From NCBI GenBank assembly GCA_010015585.1, contig ML975155.1: DNA of 40,089 bases; one strand, written 5' to 3'. The notes beneath the pieces were generated by a model. The model saw nothing but the letters and a program-made list of their open reading frames with translations, was not told the origin of the DNA and made no database searches. A program made the translations under genes and the position numbers. Positions 22,176-33,191 of the stretch are shown piece after piece; positions within the stretch are counted from its first letter, which is position 1; the number at the start of each line of letters is the position of its first letter. Source of the stretch: Eremomyces bilateralis CBS 781.70. Taxonomy: Eukaryota.

Positions 22176-25100
22176 ATGGAGCCCCGTCCTCCCGACCAAG
22201 ACGTTCGCCAATTCAATGAACCGCGACACCAGCAACCACCCGAAACCATCTCGGACAGCAGCGCGCGACTGGTCGATTCTTTAAATCAACTATCTATCAA
22301 CTGCGATGGACAGCCGACGTCGCCCGCCTCAGCATTCCAACCCCGATCCCCTCGACGTGACCAAAACGGCGCCTCTCGCTCCCCTTCTACCACGAGAATG
22401 CCCCCTAGCCCTCTACGCCGTATGTCGAGCAACTTGACCAGCGACCGGAGCCGCAACCAGGAATTATCCAGGCGAGCGTCCTCGTCGTCGTTGCGCGCAC
22501 ATGATCCGTCGTTGACTCCGCGAAAGTCCCTGTCGAGAAGATCGTCAATCAATCCACTTCCTTCTCCGACTATGGACCGGCGCTTCCCCCTGCCTCCGAT
22601 GGAAGAGGCGACACCACTCACCGCGGCCTCGGTGGCTGCGGGACACTTTCAGAGGGAGCTGGCGCTTCATGGGGAGGGGCAAGAAGGAAAGACGGTGGTG
22701 ATTCTGCACGACGATTGTTATGGACACCGATTTTCGCGACCAAAGACGAGCAAGGCGAGCCTGTCGATGATCGTGGAGCGTCCGGAGCGGATACATGCCG
22801 GTATACTAGGGATCACAACTGCGTATGTCAGGCTGGGCGAACGACATGCAGGAGGGCTCCACGCTCCCCATCCCGCCCGATCTCCATCATCGAACCTCCC
22901 CTTCCGAATCCACAAGACGGCCAGAGCTCTCCCTCTAAATTCCCCCTCGGTGGTCGCAGTCCACGGCGCCAAATGGATGGACGAATTGAAGACCATGTGT
23001 GGCGACGCGGGCCAGAAACTCGTGTCAACCGGGAAGGAGCTGAGCAGGACGGCGAGCTTGCCTGGGCAGCCTACCAAAGAGAAGTTTCACGAAGGCGATT
23101 TATATCTCTGCTCGGAATCCCTCAACGCTTTCCAAGGGGCGCTCGGTGGCGTCTGTGATGGTATCGACGCGGTTTTCGCTTCCACGAAGGGGGGTAAAGG
23201 GGCTTCAAATGCCTTCGTATGTGTCCGACCACCGGGCCATCACTGTTCGGCAGACTACCCATCCGGCTTCTGTTGGCTCAACAATGTCCATGTGGGGATC
23301 CAGTATGCGGCACAAACGCACGGACTGACCCACGCGGCGATCATCGATTTCGACCTACACCACGGCGATGGCTCTCAGGCGGTCACTTGGAATCACAACG
23401 CGAAGACGCTAAGGCTCCCGAAGAACACGCCGAATGCGAAGAAGAACACCATCGGATACTTTAGCTTGCACGACATCAATTCCTACCCATGCGAATACGG
23501 CGACCAGGAGAAGGTGCAGAATGCGAGTCTGTGTATTGAGAATGCGCATAACCAGAATATATGGAACGTGCATTTGCAGCCTTGGAAGACCGAGAGGGAC
23601 TTCTGGGACTTGTATGAAAGTCGCTACCTCGTCCTGATTGAGAAGGCTCGGGCGTTCCTCCGCGCGCACACGACGAAATTGAACACGGAGAAGAACCAAC
23701 CGAAGCCGCTCGGAGCGATCTTCTTGTCTGCCGGGTTTGATGCGAGTGAGTGGGAAAGCGAGGGAATGCAGAGGCACAAGGTCAACGTACCGACCGAGTT
23801 CTACGCTCGATTTACCCGCGATGTCGTCCAGATGTCGAAAGAAGAGGGACTTGGTGTTGATGGGCGAGTTATCAGTGTACTGGAAGGAGGATACAGTGAT
23901 CGGGCGCTCACTAGCGGCGTTCTGAGCCATCTCAGCGGACTTTGTGACAATGACACGCCGATATTTAAGCAAGAGGAGACGGAGAATGGTCTTGGTTTCG
24001 AGATGGGCAGGCGCATGGGTATGTTGAACATGTCGGACGGTCACGAGCTACCGACTCCGGCTCCAGTGCCTGTATACGACAGTGCTTGGTGGCATCCGTC
24101 CGCGCTCACCACGCTCGAGACTCTTGTCTACCCAGCACCACCAGCGCCATCCAAGAAACCGAAATCCGGCCCGCACCCAACCTACCAGACCCCCACGCAG
24201 TCTTTCACCGCCAAGGTCATCGACCCTGAGCGCGTCCGACGAAGTGCGTCCAGCACCTACCGACCAATGTCCGCTAGCCCGTCCCGCCCACCATCTCCAC
24301 CTCCACCGGAAGTAGACTGGGCAACCGCCGCTCACGAACTTTGCAAGCTGCTCGTCCCCACTGATCGCCAGACCAAGAGCTGCCAACCTGAAGAGCTCGC
24401 CGAAGTGCGTGTAAAGAAAGAGCGGCATTCGACGACTAGCCTCCCAGCTGACACTGCTCCGCCGACCCGTCAACTTCGCGAGCGACGGACCAGAGCGCCG
24501 AAGTATGTAGAACCTCTCTCGGATGACGAGACTGCCTCCGTGCGCTCAGTATCGCGGACAGACAGGCGCAAGACGATGGGTGACTTCCCGCTTCCCACCG
24601 ACGAGGTCCCCGCACCGGCCGCCACGAGGAGTTCGAGACGACTCAGCACCGCGTCGACGATGAGCTCGACCAGCACGGTGGCACCATCCGTAGCCAGCAC
24701 GGCCACTCGACCAGTCAAGCCTCCGCCTGCAAATCTACAAGTCAAGAAAACCCGTGTTGCCTCGGGTACGAAGCCGGATGCTACCAAGTCAAGAAATCCC
24801 TCCGCGCCCCCCGTTCCTCGAGTACCATCTGGCTACGCCCCATCCACCAAATCCGCAACCCAGGCAGCATCACAAAACAAATCCACCACCGCCTCGTCAA
24901 CCGACGCAGACGTCGACGCCCTGACTACCGGCGTCCAACGCATCCGCATCAAGATGCCCACGCCAGAGGAATACGCGGTGCGGGAACAGCAGAAGGTGAA
25001 AGAAGCCGCGGAGAAGAAACGAACGACCACCAAACCTGCGCCTCGCAAACCCGCTGCGCCGCGGACGACGAAGGTTGGTCCGGTGACGAAGCGTGGCGCG

Positions 25101-25721
25101 GCTACGAAGGAAGCGAAGCCTGCAGCGGTTGGAAATACCTCCGCTGGTGTGCCTCGACCAGCGATTCCAGAAAGCCAGGTACCCCCTGTTCCTACTCCTA
25201 TTGCTGCTCCTGCGCAGGCTTCGGCTTTGCATCCCCCCGCAGTCGCTCAGCTAGTGAAGCAATTTAATCCCGGTCCCGCCGAGTCCGTCCCTCCTCACGT
25301 CGGCTCCGCGGAGCTTAGCGCCCAGTCCGTCATCTCGCGCAGTAACGGCGCGCAAGTTGCCCGCGCATCGCACATCACGCCTCCTGCTGCTCAACCATCC
25401 CCTCCCGCCTCCATCTATCCGTCCTCCCTCATCCCCGAGACCCACGCCGGGTCGCCACCTGCGTCCGTGCACAATGGACAGCCTGCAGTCGCCACAATAC
25501 CCGAACAACGACCTGGTACTAGTCCACCGGCATTTGAGTTCCATAACTCGTTCCCCCCCTCGTCAACGCCCACGAATAGCGTGACGTCTCCGAAGGGAGA
25601 TGATGCGGGGTCGCCTAGAGGAGGTCCACCGCGGTTTCCGATGGGGTTGCAGTGGCAGCCGGTAAATGGGGATATCGGAGCGGCAAAGAGTCGGGATAGC
25701 GAGGGGAAGGGAAGCGAGTAG
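22176..25721 (+). CDS. HOS3: Fungal HOS3/HosB-type histone deacetylase
   Basis: HDAC motifs IVERPERI, RPPGHH, GFCWLNNVHV, IIDFDLHHGDG, SLHDINSYPCE, SAGFD and VLEGGYSD, followed by a long Pro/Ser/Thr-rich tail; first ATG at 22176. Confidence 0.93.
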   Translation: MEPRPPDQDVRQFNEPRHQQPPETISDSSARLVDSLNQLSINCDGQPTSPASAFQPRSPRRDQNGASRSPSTTRMPPSPLRRMSSNLTSDRSRNQELSRRASSSSLRAHDPSLTPRKSLSRRSSINPLPSPTMDRRFPLPPMEEATPLTAASVAAGHFQRELALHGEGQEGKTVVILHDDCYGHRFSRPKTSKASLSMIVERPERIHAGILGITTAYVRLGERHAGGLHAPHPARSPSSNLPFRIHKTARALPLNSPSVVAVHGAKWMDELKTMCGDAGQKLVSTGKELSRTASLPGQPTKEKFHEGDLYLCSESLNAFQGALGGVCDGIDAVFASTKGGKGASNAFVCVRPPGHHCSADYPSGFCWLNNVHVGIQYAAQTHGLTHAAIIDFDLHHGDGSQAVTWNHNAKTLRLPKNTPNAKKNTIGYFSLHDINSYPCEYGDQEKVQNASLCIENAHNQNIWNVHLQPWKTERDFWDLYESRYLVLIEKARAFLRAHTTKLNTEKNQPKPLGAIFLSAGFDASEWESEGMQRHKVNVPTEFYARFTRDVVQMSKEEGLGVDGRVISVLEGGYSDRALTSGVLSHLSGLCDNDTPIFKQEETENGLGFEMGRRMGMLNMSDGHELPTPAPVPVYDSAWWHPSALTTLETLVYPAPPAPSKKPKSGPHPTYQTPTQSFTAKVIDPERVRRSASSTYRPMSASPSRPPSPPPPEVDWATAAHELCKLLVPTDRQTKSCQPEELAEVRVKKERHSTTSLPADTAPPTRQLRERRTRAPKYVEPLSDDETASVRSVSRTDRRKTMGDFPLPTDEVPAPAATRSSRRLSTASTMSSTSTVAPSVASTATRPVKPPPANLQVKKTRVASGTKPDATKSRNPSAPPVPRVPSGYAPSTKSATQAASQNKSTTASSTDADVDALTTGVQRIRIKMPTPEEYAVREQQKVKEAAEKKRTTTKPAPRKPAAPRTTKVGPVTKRGAATKEAKPAAVGNTSAGVPRPAIPESQVPPVPTPIAAPAQASALHPPAVAQLVKQFNPGPAESVPPHVGSAELSAQSVISRSNGAQVARASHITPPAAQPSPPASIYPSSLIPETHAGSPPASVHNGQPAVATIPEQRPGTSPPAFEFHNSFPPSSTPTNSVTSPKGDDAGSPRGGPPRFPMGLQWQPVNGDIGAAKSRDSEGKGSE

Positions 25722-26409
25722 TGGGATGCGAACGACCGGAACCCATGGTGTGGAGGTGACGGGGTTGTAATGGAGGAGGACATGATCACTGCATAACGCT
25801 TGTCGCTAGGGGCTAATGTTTGCGAGTTTCTGTGTTTCATTTGTACGATTTCCTTGGCTCGAACATGGATCGGTTATATGGATGGAATGGTGCGAACGTG
25901 GGAGCGGACCATTGGGATTTTACCTCTGGTGTTATACCCAATCTGATGTTGAGGTTGCTCTGTTTCGTTATTGGTGTCAACAGGTCTGAAAGTGTGATAC
26001 CCCTGAAGCTCAATGTAATCTATACTTCTATTCAAACTACAGCCTGGAGTGATTCCAATTCTAATTGAACGAGTTCTTTGTATACAATCTACTAACAATC
26101 CTTTTGGTCCTCTCCGCCCGTCTGCCCTCGCACTTCCACCTCCGCCACCCCGTCTCCGTCTTCTACCTTGCTCGACCTCTACCTCGACTGCCTCCTCAGG
26201 TGGCTGAACGATGCTCTGAAAGAAAAAAAAATCCATCTCTTCCCAGTGTTCTTAATTCGGATCTTTGAGGTGGTGAAGCATGATCCGCAAGAGGTCGTAG
26301 ACAATGTTGCTATGTCGTATCAGTATCATATCCATAAACAAAGATCCAGAAGGCTTACAGATCCTGGAGAATATTCTCCCCATTGCGAAAGTTTCGGAAA
26401 CGTCGCCCA

Positions 26410-26615
26410 TCACTCCATACAACCAACATAACGTTGAATGGCTTCCAGGGCAAGCATGTCCGTCTCTCTAACCCATTGGGCTTGTTCAGCGGGATAGCCC
26501 TTCCATTTAACGAGGTATTCCGTGAACTCTGTGCGTGCATGACCGATGCCCGTTGCTTATACTTGACGCTCAACTTCGGTGGATTACTTGAATGACTGCT
26601 TGAATGGGTCTCGCA
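26410..26615 (-). pseudogene. Chromodomain relic, probably from a chromovirus (Gypsy) integrase
   Basis: A frame absent from the ORF track reads DPFKQSFK*STEVERQV*..TEYLVKWKGYPAEQAQWVRETDMLALEAIQRY, with the classic chromodomain EYLVKWKGY..W pattern and in-frame stops. Confidence 0.75.
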
Positions 26616-26766
26616 TGGTTTGTTTTGTCAGGCGGATCGTCGAGTTTGCTGTCGATAAGATGCAGTTTCATTCTCTAATAGAGACACACAAAAGAGAACC
26701 CGAAGGGAAGTGCCGAGGGCACCCACACCCGCAACCAGACACAACATACCACATTTCACGGCCAAA

Positions 26767-26972
26767 GATAGAGGACGAGCTGAGCTTTAACGAGGCGGTG
26801 AGGGTGCTGTGCGACCACGCGTTAGTGGGAGTGGATAGGTCCTCTAAAGGAAGCGTTGAGTCTCTGGACTACGGGATGCATAGCTGTGTGCATTCATGGA
26901 CGGTTTATGTGGTCAACCAAGAATGGGATTCAGAGATGGCCGAGGTAGCTCTGGAGTGTGTAGGTAGACATA
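26767..26972 (+). pseudogene. Internal fragment of a fungal NB-ARC/TPR NLR-like gene
   Basis: EDELSFNEAVRVLCDHALV..YGMHSCVHSWT..NQEWDSEMAEVALECVG resembles the winged-helix MH-motif region preceding TPRs in fungal NLRs; no P-loop or start nearby. Confidence 0.6.
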
Positions 26973-27756
26973 CGTTATGTAAGATCTCAGGAGGCCTTCT
27001 ATACCAGTATCTCCTCTCAAAATTATTTACCTCCTCGTAAAAATCCGGATAGAGATCAGCCAGCCGCACCCTCTGAAATCCTACATCATGTGTGCTCCTG
27101 CCCTCTATTACCGGATACCCATCATTAGCCTCGATGTCGTCCAGCTCATCCGGGTCATCGCCAGGCCAGTCAGCCTGTACTATATTTACATATCCCTCAG
27201 CTGGATCGTTTTCCACCAGAATATTGTCGATACTCTCTTTATTAGCCCGAATAAAGTAGTGGTATTTCGGTCTGCTTATAGCAAACAGAATTGAACTTTT
27301 CTCGTTACTAAGATGAGGTTCGGCGGTAATCGGCCCGCCGCCGGATCGCCAGGCCAGAAAATGTTTTCTTAGCTCTGTTGTGCTTGCTTCATTGAAGCGC
27401 TCTTGATCAGCCACAATAGGCCACTCCATATACTTCATATGTTCCTCGTTCCCATGTACCTCTCGGATTGTCGATAGTAGAGCCTCGTTAAAGATTTGAA
27501 TGAATCGTTCCCATTTTACTTCCGAGTCGTACGTCGTTCTGTAGATACGCCAACCCCACCGCTTGTGATTCTGGCCAAGGTACCACCACCGGAGTAGTTC
27601 TAGTTTCCCAGCGGTAGTCCATAAGGGGCCATATCTCTCCCGACGGAGTTTATCTAGTGGAACTCCGTCGAGAGCGGTAATTGCCTCGTCGGTTAATCCT
27701 AGGTCACCGACCGTAAACATACGTCTACCAGCTTCAGCTTCAGCTTCGTCGTCCAT
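26905..27756 (-). CDS. Conserved-type fungal hypothetical protein (WGWRIYRTTY...YRRPP family)
   Basis: Single-exon ORF, ATG at 27756, with the WG.xIYR.TY, F..W, YFI..., DVGFQRV and YRRPP pattern that I recognise from expanded uncharacterised fungal families; the C-terminus overlaps the NLR fragment. Confidence 0.65.
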   Translation of the reverse strand: MDDEAEAEAGRRMFTVGDLGLTDEAITALDGVPLDKLRRERYGPLWTTAGKLELLRWWYLGQNHKRWGWRIYRTTYDSEVKWERFIQIFNEALLSTIREVHGNEEHMKYMEWPIVADQERFNEASTTELRKHFLAWRSGGGPITAEPHLSNEKSSILFAISRPKYHYFIRANKESIDNILVENDPAEGYVNIVQADWPGDDPDELDDIEANDGYPVIEGRSTHDVGFQRVRLADLYPDFYEEVNNFERRYWYRRPPEILHNVCLPTHSRATSAISESHSWLTT

Positions 27757-28044
27757 CCTGGTATTCTGTCCGTAATTTTGAATACGGGCAAAGCTTTGAG
27801 CTTTGTGAGGATAGAAAAAGGAGGCGACAAAAGATTGCTGGAGTCTGTGGGCGCTGCGGAGGCGGGCTCGGCTATTCATGTTCTAGGGCTGTCCGGCTAT
27901 CTTGCGTAGAACTGGGGCCGTCAGGTGCTTCCCTTGGGGCGGTTGATTAATTGTATCTGTGACGAGCAGGAAGCCTCATAGACGAGCATATCTGGGATGA
28001 CGGTTTTATTCGTGATATCGAATCTAAAGAAAGAAAGGAATGAG

Positions 28045-28232
28045 TGTTACGGCACGGTAGCTGGATGCACACAACATACACGTAGCCAAAGGTATTCTAG
28101 ATTAAGCTAAAGAAGAGAACAAGAAAGGGAAGCTTTCTTGTTTACATCGGAGAGGTTGGACTCTGGTTTACTCTTAACCTAATCAGGCTTAGGCTCTCAG
28201 CCTGAGCCAACCAAGGGTTTCAACCCATAACA
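28045..28232. mobile_element. Solo LTR copy 2 (188 bp), TSD ATGAG
   Basis: 184/188 identical to 21667-21854 by manual comparison (4 transitions); flanked by ATGAG on both sides. Confidence 0.93.
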
Positions 28233-28445
28233 ATGAGAGAGAGATGGAGGCCTTATGTGGAGAACTGGGTAGGGTGACTAATTATATCAGAAATAAGAGT
28301 GGGGTACTATGGTTGGGCCTGTAAATAATGTGGATGGCCGCGCTAGCAGGGGCATTGACGCTTTCCCTATAATAGTCGAGAGAAACCATAATAGTGGGAG
28401 AATAAGCGGAAACTTCGCTCGTCTAGAACGTTAGCGATAAGATTC

Positions 28446-28605
28446 TGTCGCAGACCAAGGCATGAGCTCTAGGAGTCCAAGGCTACAAACTGCATTAATA
28501 ATCTTGCCGTGACTCTCGTATATCTGTAGGGCCGGGGGACCAGGCATTCAGCTAGAACACACAACTTACACAACACACAATACAAACAACTTCGCTGCTG
28601 TAACA
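28446..28605. mobile_element. Possible additional solo-LTR remnant
   Basis: TGTCGCAG...CTGTAACA imperfect inverted termini with a CA-rich 3' part; no TSD. Confidence 0.3.
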
Positions 28606-28664
28606 ACAGCACCTCACTCCCAACCATTTTAGCACATGACGTGCGACAATATATTATGCGCGTA

Positions 28665-28942
28665 CGGAGGTCCATTTCAAAAGTTACTGCTCGCCAAGAA
28701 AATGGCTTGATTACATAATCCGTTCGAAAGCCGATAGAACGGGCAGTAGGGTGCCTAGCCAACAGGCCGGCACTAGGCGCGGTAAGTCGAATTCCTGGCG
28801 CCCTTGCTTCGAATTAGGCTCTAAGACATAAACTAAATGCCTAGTTGATAGGCAGTCTAGTGCCCATGGTATCGGCTCTCGCAACTGCTTATATAATCAA
28901 GCCACTTTCTTGGCGAGCAATAACTTTTGAGATGGACTGCCG
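28665..28942. mobile_element. MITE (278 bp) with ~100-bp imperfect TIRs, Tc1-type ends
   Basis: 28665-28768 aligns with the reverse complement of ~28838-28942 (CGGAGGTCCATTTCAAAAGTTACTGCTCGCCAAGAAAATGGCTTGATTACATAA vs CGGCAGTCCATCTCAAAAGTTATTGCTCGCCAAGAAAGTGGCTTGATTATATAA); TA on the left, CA on the right. Confidence 0.85.
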
Positions 28943-29229
28943 CATTCTCAGAATTAAAACAAGTAAAAGAGACGACGGTAGGTCGACCGCTAGAATGGCA
29001 GGCCTGCTTACCGTGCATGCTCATTGGTTGATGCGCATGATCCGAAGATTTCCCACATGCTCTACCCGGTCCGCCTGCTTCGACATCATAGATATATCTG
29101 CCCAATTTCTTGCATACTAACCACAAAATCAACCATAACTCTACGAAAAATGACCAGATCGCTTCTAAACAAAGTTTCAATCGATTTCTTGCCTGATTCT
29201 GTATTAGAATAAAAAATGGGCAAAAAGAA

Positions 29230-29317
29230 AGGTCCTACGCAGATTCGAACGGCGGTTGTCGGAAAGATGAGGATTTGACATCAAAATCCGAAGTGATAAC
29301 CACTACACTATAGGACC
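29230..29317 (-). tRNA. tRNA-Gln(TTG) with a 16-nt intron
   Basis: GGTCCTA acceptor stem, D arm TAGTGTAGTGGTTATCAC, anticodon stem TCGGA/TCCGA with TT-TTG-A, intron TGTCAAATCCTCATCT after position 37, GTTCGAATC B box and downstream TTCTTTTT terminator. Confidence 0.92.
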
Positions 29318-30782
29318 TGTAATTATAGAACAATTCCTGAGTCAAACTCACAACCCCAAAGGAGAAGCGAAGAGTCAGGGAGCTCCATGATTCACGATCC
29401 GTCATGGCATCCAGACCGGACGAAATCGATGCCCTTGGAGCACACCTCCTTTGATTGTTGTTTTTTATTTTTGAATAGTTTGAATAGAATTCGGGTACTC
29501 TGCTGACCGTGTTAGGGATATTTTGATAGTAATTAATATTTTATATGGATGTGTCCTGACAATGTCTTCTGTAATCGCGTCCCACCCCCATTACGAGCGA
29601 GTAATGCAATATTTAGAGCATTTTCTTTACATTATCGCACTGCGCACTAAGGCTTCAGCGCCTCCTAGTCCGGGTTTGGGAGCTCTTTTGGGCTCTTCCT
29701 ACTTGACATACGAACATTCCCTTTCTCTGCTGCGAATACTTCGATCCTGGGGCTCAAAACGTCTTCTACCTCTGCATGTTGTGAATGCCCGCTTGCTTCA
29801 GTCAAAGCTTGCACCTACCATTACCTCATTACTCCATTCTTGCGTCACGCCCAGAGAAGATGTCCTCTATGCGATTCACTTCTCCTAACAGCTCACCATG
29901 TCCAGTTGCCGTGATACTTCACAAGGAGAAGTTGTCGCAAGATGCCCCTGTTGGTTTCTATTGCCACCTAACATTATTCACTGCCCTCTACCCCTGGGCT
30001 AGGCCCAATCAGGACTCTTCAGCCTTCTCCTATGTATTTAAGTTATCTTCATCTGGCTTACTAGCTAGATCTCCTTTTCTAGATACTGGGAACCATTAAT
30101 ACCAATTTGCGTTATGACTCTACAGTAAATGAGCTTAAGCAGCGATCGTGCTTAATCATCATCCCCGCGAAATGCGACAGAAGTACGCTCCTTGAAGCGA
30201 TGACCTGGAAGCAATGAGAGCGGACTTTGCACAGACACAAAATATGTTATCGGTAACTGGTCTACTTGTTACGGTACAACTCCAGTAGTCACTGTTGCTG
30301 CATCCCTCGTTGCTTTATGCGCGGAATCAATCTCATCACAAACAGGGGATGCCACTGCTACGTCGGACGGCACATTATCCATCTTTTCTGTCCCCATCAA
30401 TCGACCGTTAACATTAGAGCCAACTGCCTGATTTTCCAACGACCGACATCGGTCCACTGAGCTAGGATTCCTTCTGAAATCCTGCCTGTCTTCATCGTCT
30501 TCGTGAGCACCGAGCGCGGAAGGACCGCGTTCCAACACACTACTAGAGATTGAGATTCTGGCAGGGCTTGGTGTTGGATCAGGGATGGGACTCCCTCTGG
30601 TGCAAATCCGAGCAACGCGGGGAGGTCGCAGTCCAGGGTCCGAGCGAACTGAAGTCGCGATGGAATTGCCATAGCCAAAGGTTGGAAGATAACTGAGAGG
30701 GAAAACATAGGTCATTCTCTTACTGAAACCAAATTGTAGGGTCGTGTAGTCTGAGATATGAACATGGAATGTTGCTCGTACC

Positions 30783-31906
30783 TCATTCAAAAAGCACATA
30801 CGCTCTGACCTCAACACTCGCTCTTGCTGCTGCATTTGGATCCGCCTTGGGATTGTAGATGCTCACACGCGCAACACCTGATCGAAGAGCCTGTTAGAGT
30901 GTATTGGACATACCATTAAGTCTGAAATCAGGAAAAATAGCCTCACTCACCCCCGGCACCTTCAAGGGCAGAATCAGTCTGTCGAAGTAAGATGACTTCG
31001 TCATCTTCCAAGTCCTTGAAGTAGTACCATTCATGTTTCGGATTGTAGTACAATCGTTCATTCTCTGTAAACCGGTTGGTGAACACCACGTCCGCCACGA
31101 TGCTGTCAGACTTGTGGTCAATAATTCGCGAATCGCAGAGTGCCAGAGGCCAGTCGTTGCCGGGACCTTGAAGGGACTTCCAAACGCTATCAAGTTGAGG
31201 ATGGATTTTCGTAGGAGCAGGGTGGTATTTACTTCACCGTCAGCAATCGTTTATATTCATCTAACTTAGTCGTGAATGCCCGAGCGGTTCGAGCGGCCGA
31301 GTAAGGGGAATAGTCTGGCGGTCTGTGAGCAAAAGACAATATCAAAAAGCGCTGGGACGCTCACCAATATGGACAGCAGTAGCGGACTGAACGGTCTCGA
31401 ACAATTCTTCGCTGTTCGCATTGAACTGCGCATCTCTTTGGCTGACCTTGCCTTGTCACTATGAAATCGTAAATGGTGATCAAGCGGATCAAACATACTC
31501 CATGTTCCAGTACTCGAATCTCAGCTGCGTCGGGGAACATTTGCTGTAGTAATTTCTCAACTGCTGGATAGTACTGCGTCTCTACCTTTTCATCGTCATC
31601 GAATGCCGCCTCGGTCATGGAGCAGTCCACGTTCGCTACCCGGAAACCATATTCTATGAAGCTTCGAGGATCTTGCAGGGGCCGGAAATTACGAATCGTA
31701 ATGGTTCTGAGATCACTCGACATGTTTGTATGGGGAATTACTCCTCCAGTGTCGTATCTCATCTCGTATGGTTTCTCTTCTTTGTGCTTCGCCTCCTTGG
31801 TGAGGTAATTCAGCTCAGTCTGCACATCATCGCTAAGCGTGTCGCTGTATCCGGGGTTTAGAACTCTCATTTTGTCCTTGAATGGGGTTGCGTGTGGTGT
31901 TTCCAT
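30783..31906 (-). CDS. AsaB/CmcJ (GA4 desaturase-like) hydroxylase/desaturase family protein
   Basis: Motifs EKPY, YYP..E, AVHID, NVWKSLQGPGNDWPLALCD, LYYNPKHEWYY, DEVILLRQTDS and RASVEVRAYV. Introns 31447-31498, 31315-31364, 31187-31232 and 30878-30950; stop TGA 30785-30783. Confidence 0.85.
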
Positions 31907-33191
31907 CGTGCTTGTGGTTGTCACTGTTAATAAGTATGGTGATGGAACTTCCGAAGTATTGGACTGGCGATAATAGCGAGTGGATGGCGGAGGCGTCAGT
32001 CATGAAGCGTGAATCGACAATGAGCTCGGAGCATGTATGGATATGGTAGGGCGGGCGATGCAACTAGGATGCATCGGGCAGGGCAAGCGTCTTCGCCCTC
32101 CGTTTTCTTGTCGATTCCGGTGAAAATTCCAGCATTCGTAGCATGTCGCCTTGCCAACACATTCCGCAAAGTGAACAGTCTCGCCTAGCGGGAAGATATA
32201 ACTACGAAGTACGAACCCTAGGCGAACTAAGATCTGCATGCTTATACGATCTCCGCCCCCTCAAAGCGATGAGCGCAGTTCTGCAGCATGCAAGGATACT
32301 AAGGATTTAAGACAGTATGACATGAGGAGGATGTATTCATTTATTGCACAGTTAAAGAAACAGAAACGAAGTAACCTCCCTCCCTGTGTGGCGGGCATCC
32401 CTGCGTAACGGACAAATTCCTAGGTACTTCGATTTCAAAGCAATCCAGGCTCTGCACATACAATTATAATTCCATATCTTTAGATTGATCGTGCTCTACA
32501 GTCATTTCTTAATATGCTAGACAATTTGAATTAGAAAAATATATTGGGGTGGCCGCATTCCCGCCTGGTTTCTGGAAAGTATGTCATTATCCTAGTAGCA
32601 GACCACCTCGATCAGAGCGCCACCCTTATGGTCTTCTTACCTTTAAAACCGATTAAAGACTTTATCCAGGCGTTAAAGTCACATAAAGATATTTAGAACG
32701 TATCATCAACGATGCGTGTGCGATAGCGTACAAGATTGCGCAAGTTCGGCATGCAGGCAGGTACTTCCAATCGAAACGATGAACAATCTTGGTTAGTGCG
32801 GTATGCTTATACAAGCAATGTATATTTGGTCGCCTACAGTCAGTAATGAAATTTTATTTAGTTGTCATAAACTCCATTGCCAAGTATGTGGTCTGTGGCT
32901 GGTGGAGTCCAACTACTTCTGGGGGACGTGGATTTCCCTGCGTGCAGGACCAGGAAACGACGTCGCTAATTATGCTTCTTCAGAACGGCTCTCAGCCGCC
33001 CCACGGAAGTTCTCTCATCAATTCTCGTGATCTAAGCGCTTGGGTCTACTCTAGAGGACCGCGTGCTTTCTATTAACAGCCACATTTGAATCTAGTTCCT
33101 GTAACATGGCGCTGAACCACGACGAAAACTAACCTCCCGCCGCCCAGTAACAACCCGAGAAAAGTGCGTAAGCCGTCCTGCTTCATACAGA

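Noticed and set aside
21667..28232. A single LTR retrotransposon that captured HOS3
   Set aside because: Each LTR has its own complete TSD (TAGGG vs ATGAG) and there is no gag/pol between them, so these are two independent solo LTRs.
28469..29120. Paralogous small proteins (IKPFSWRAVTFEMD / IKPLSWRAITFEMD)
   Set aside because: They are translations of the two inverted arms of the MITE.
29520..30780. ORFs 29523-29888, 30269-30835 and 30397-30708
   Set aside because: No recognisable domain; possibly decayed gene or TE sequence that I cannot assign.
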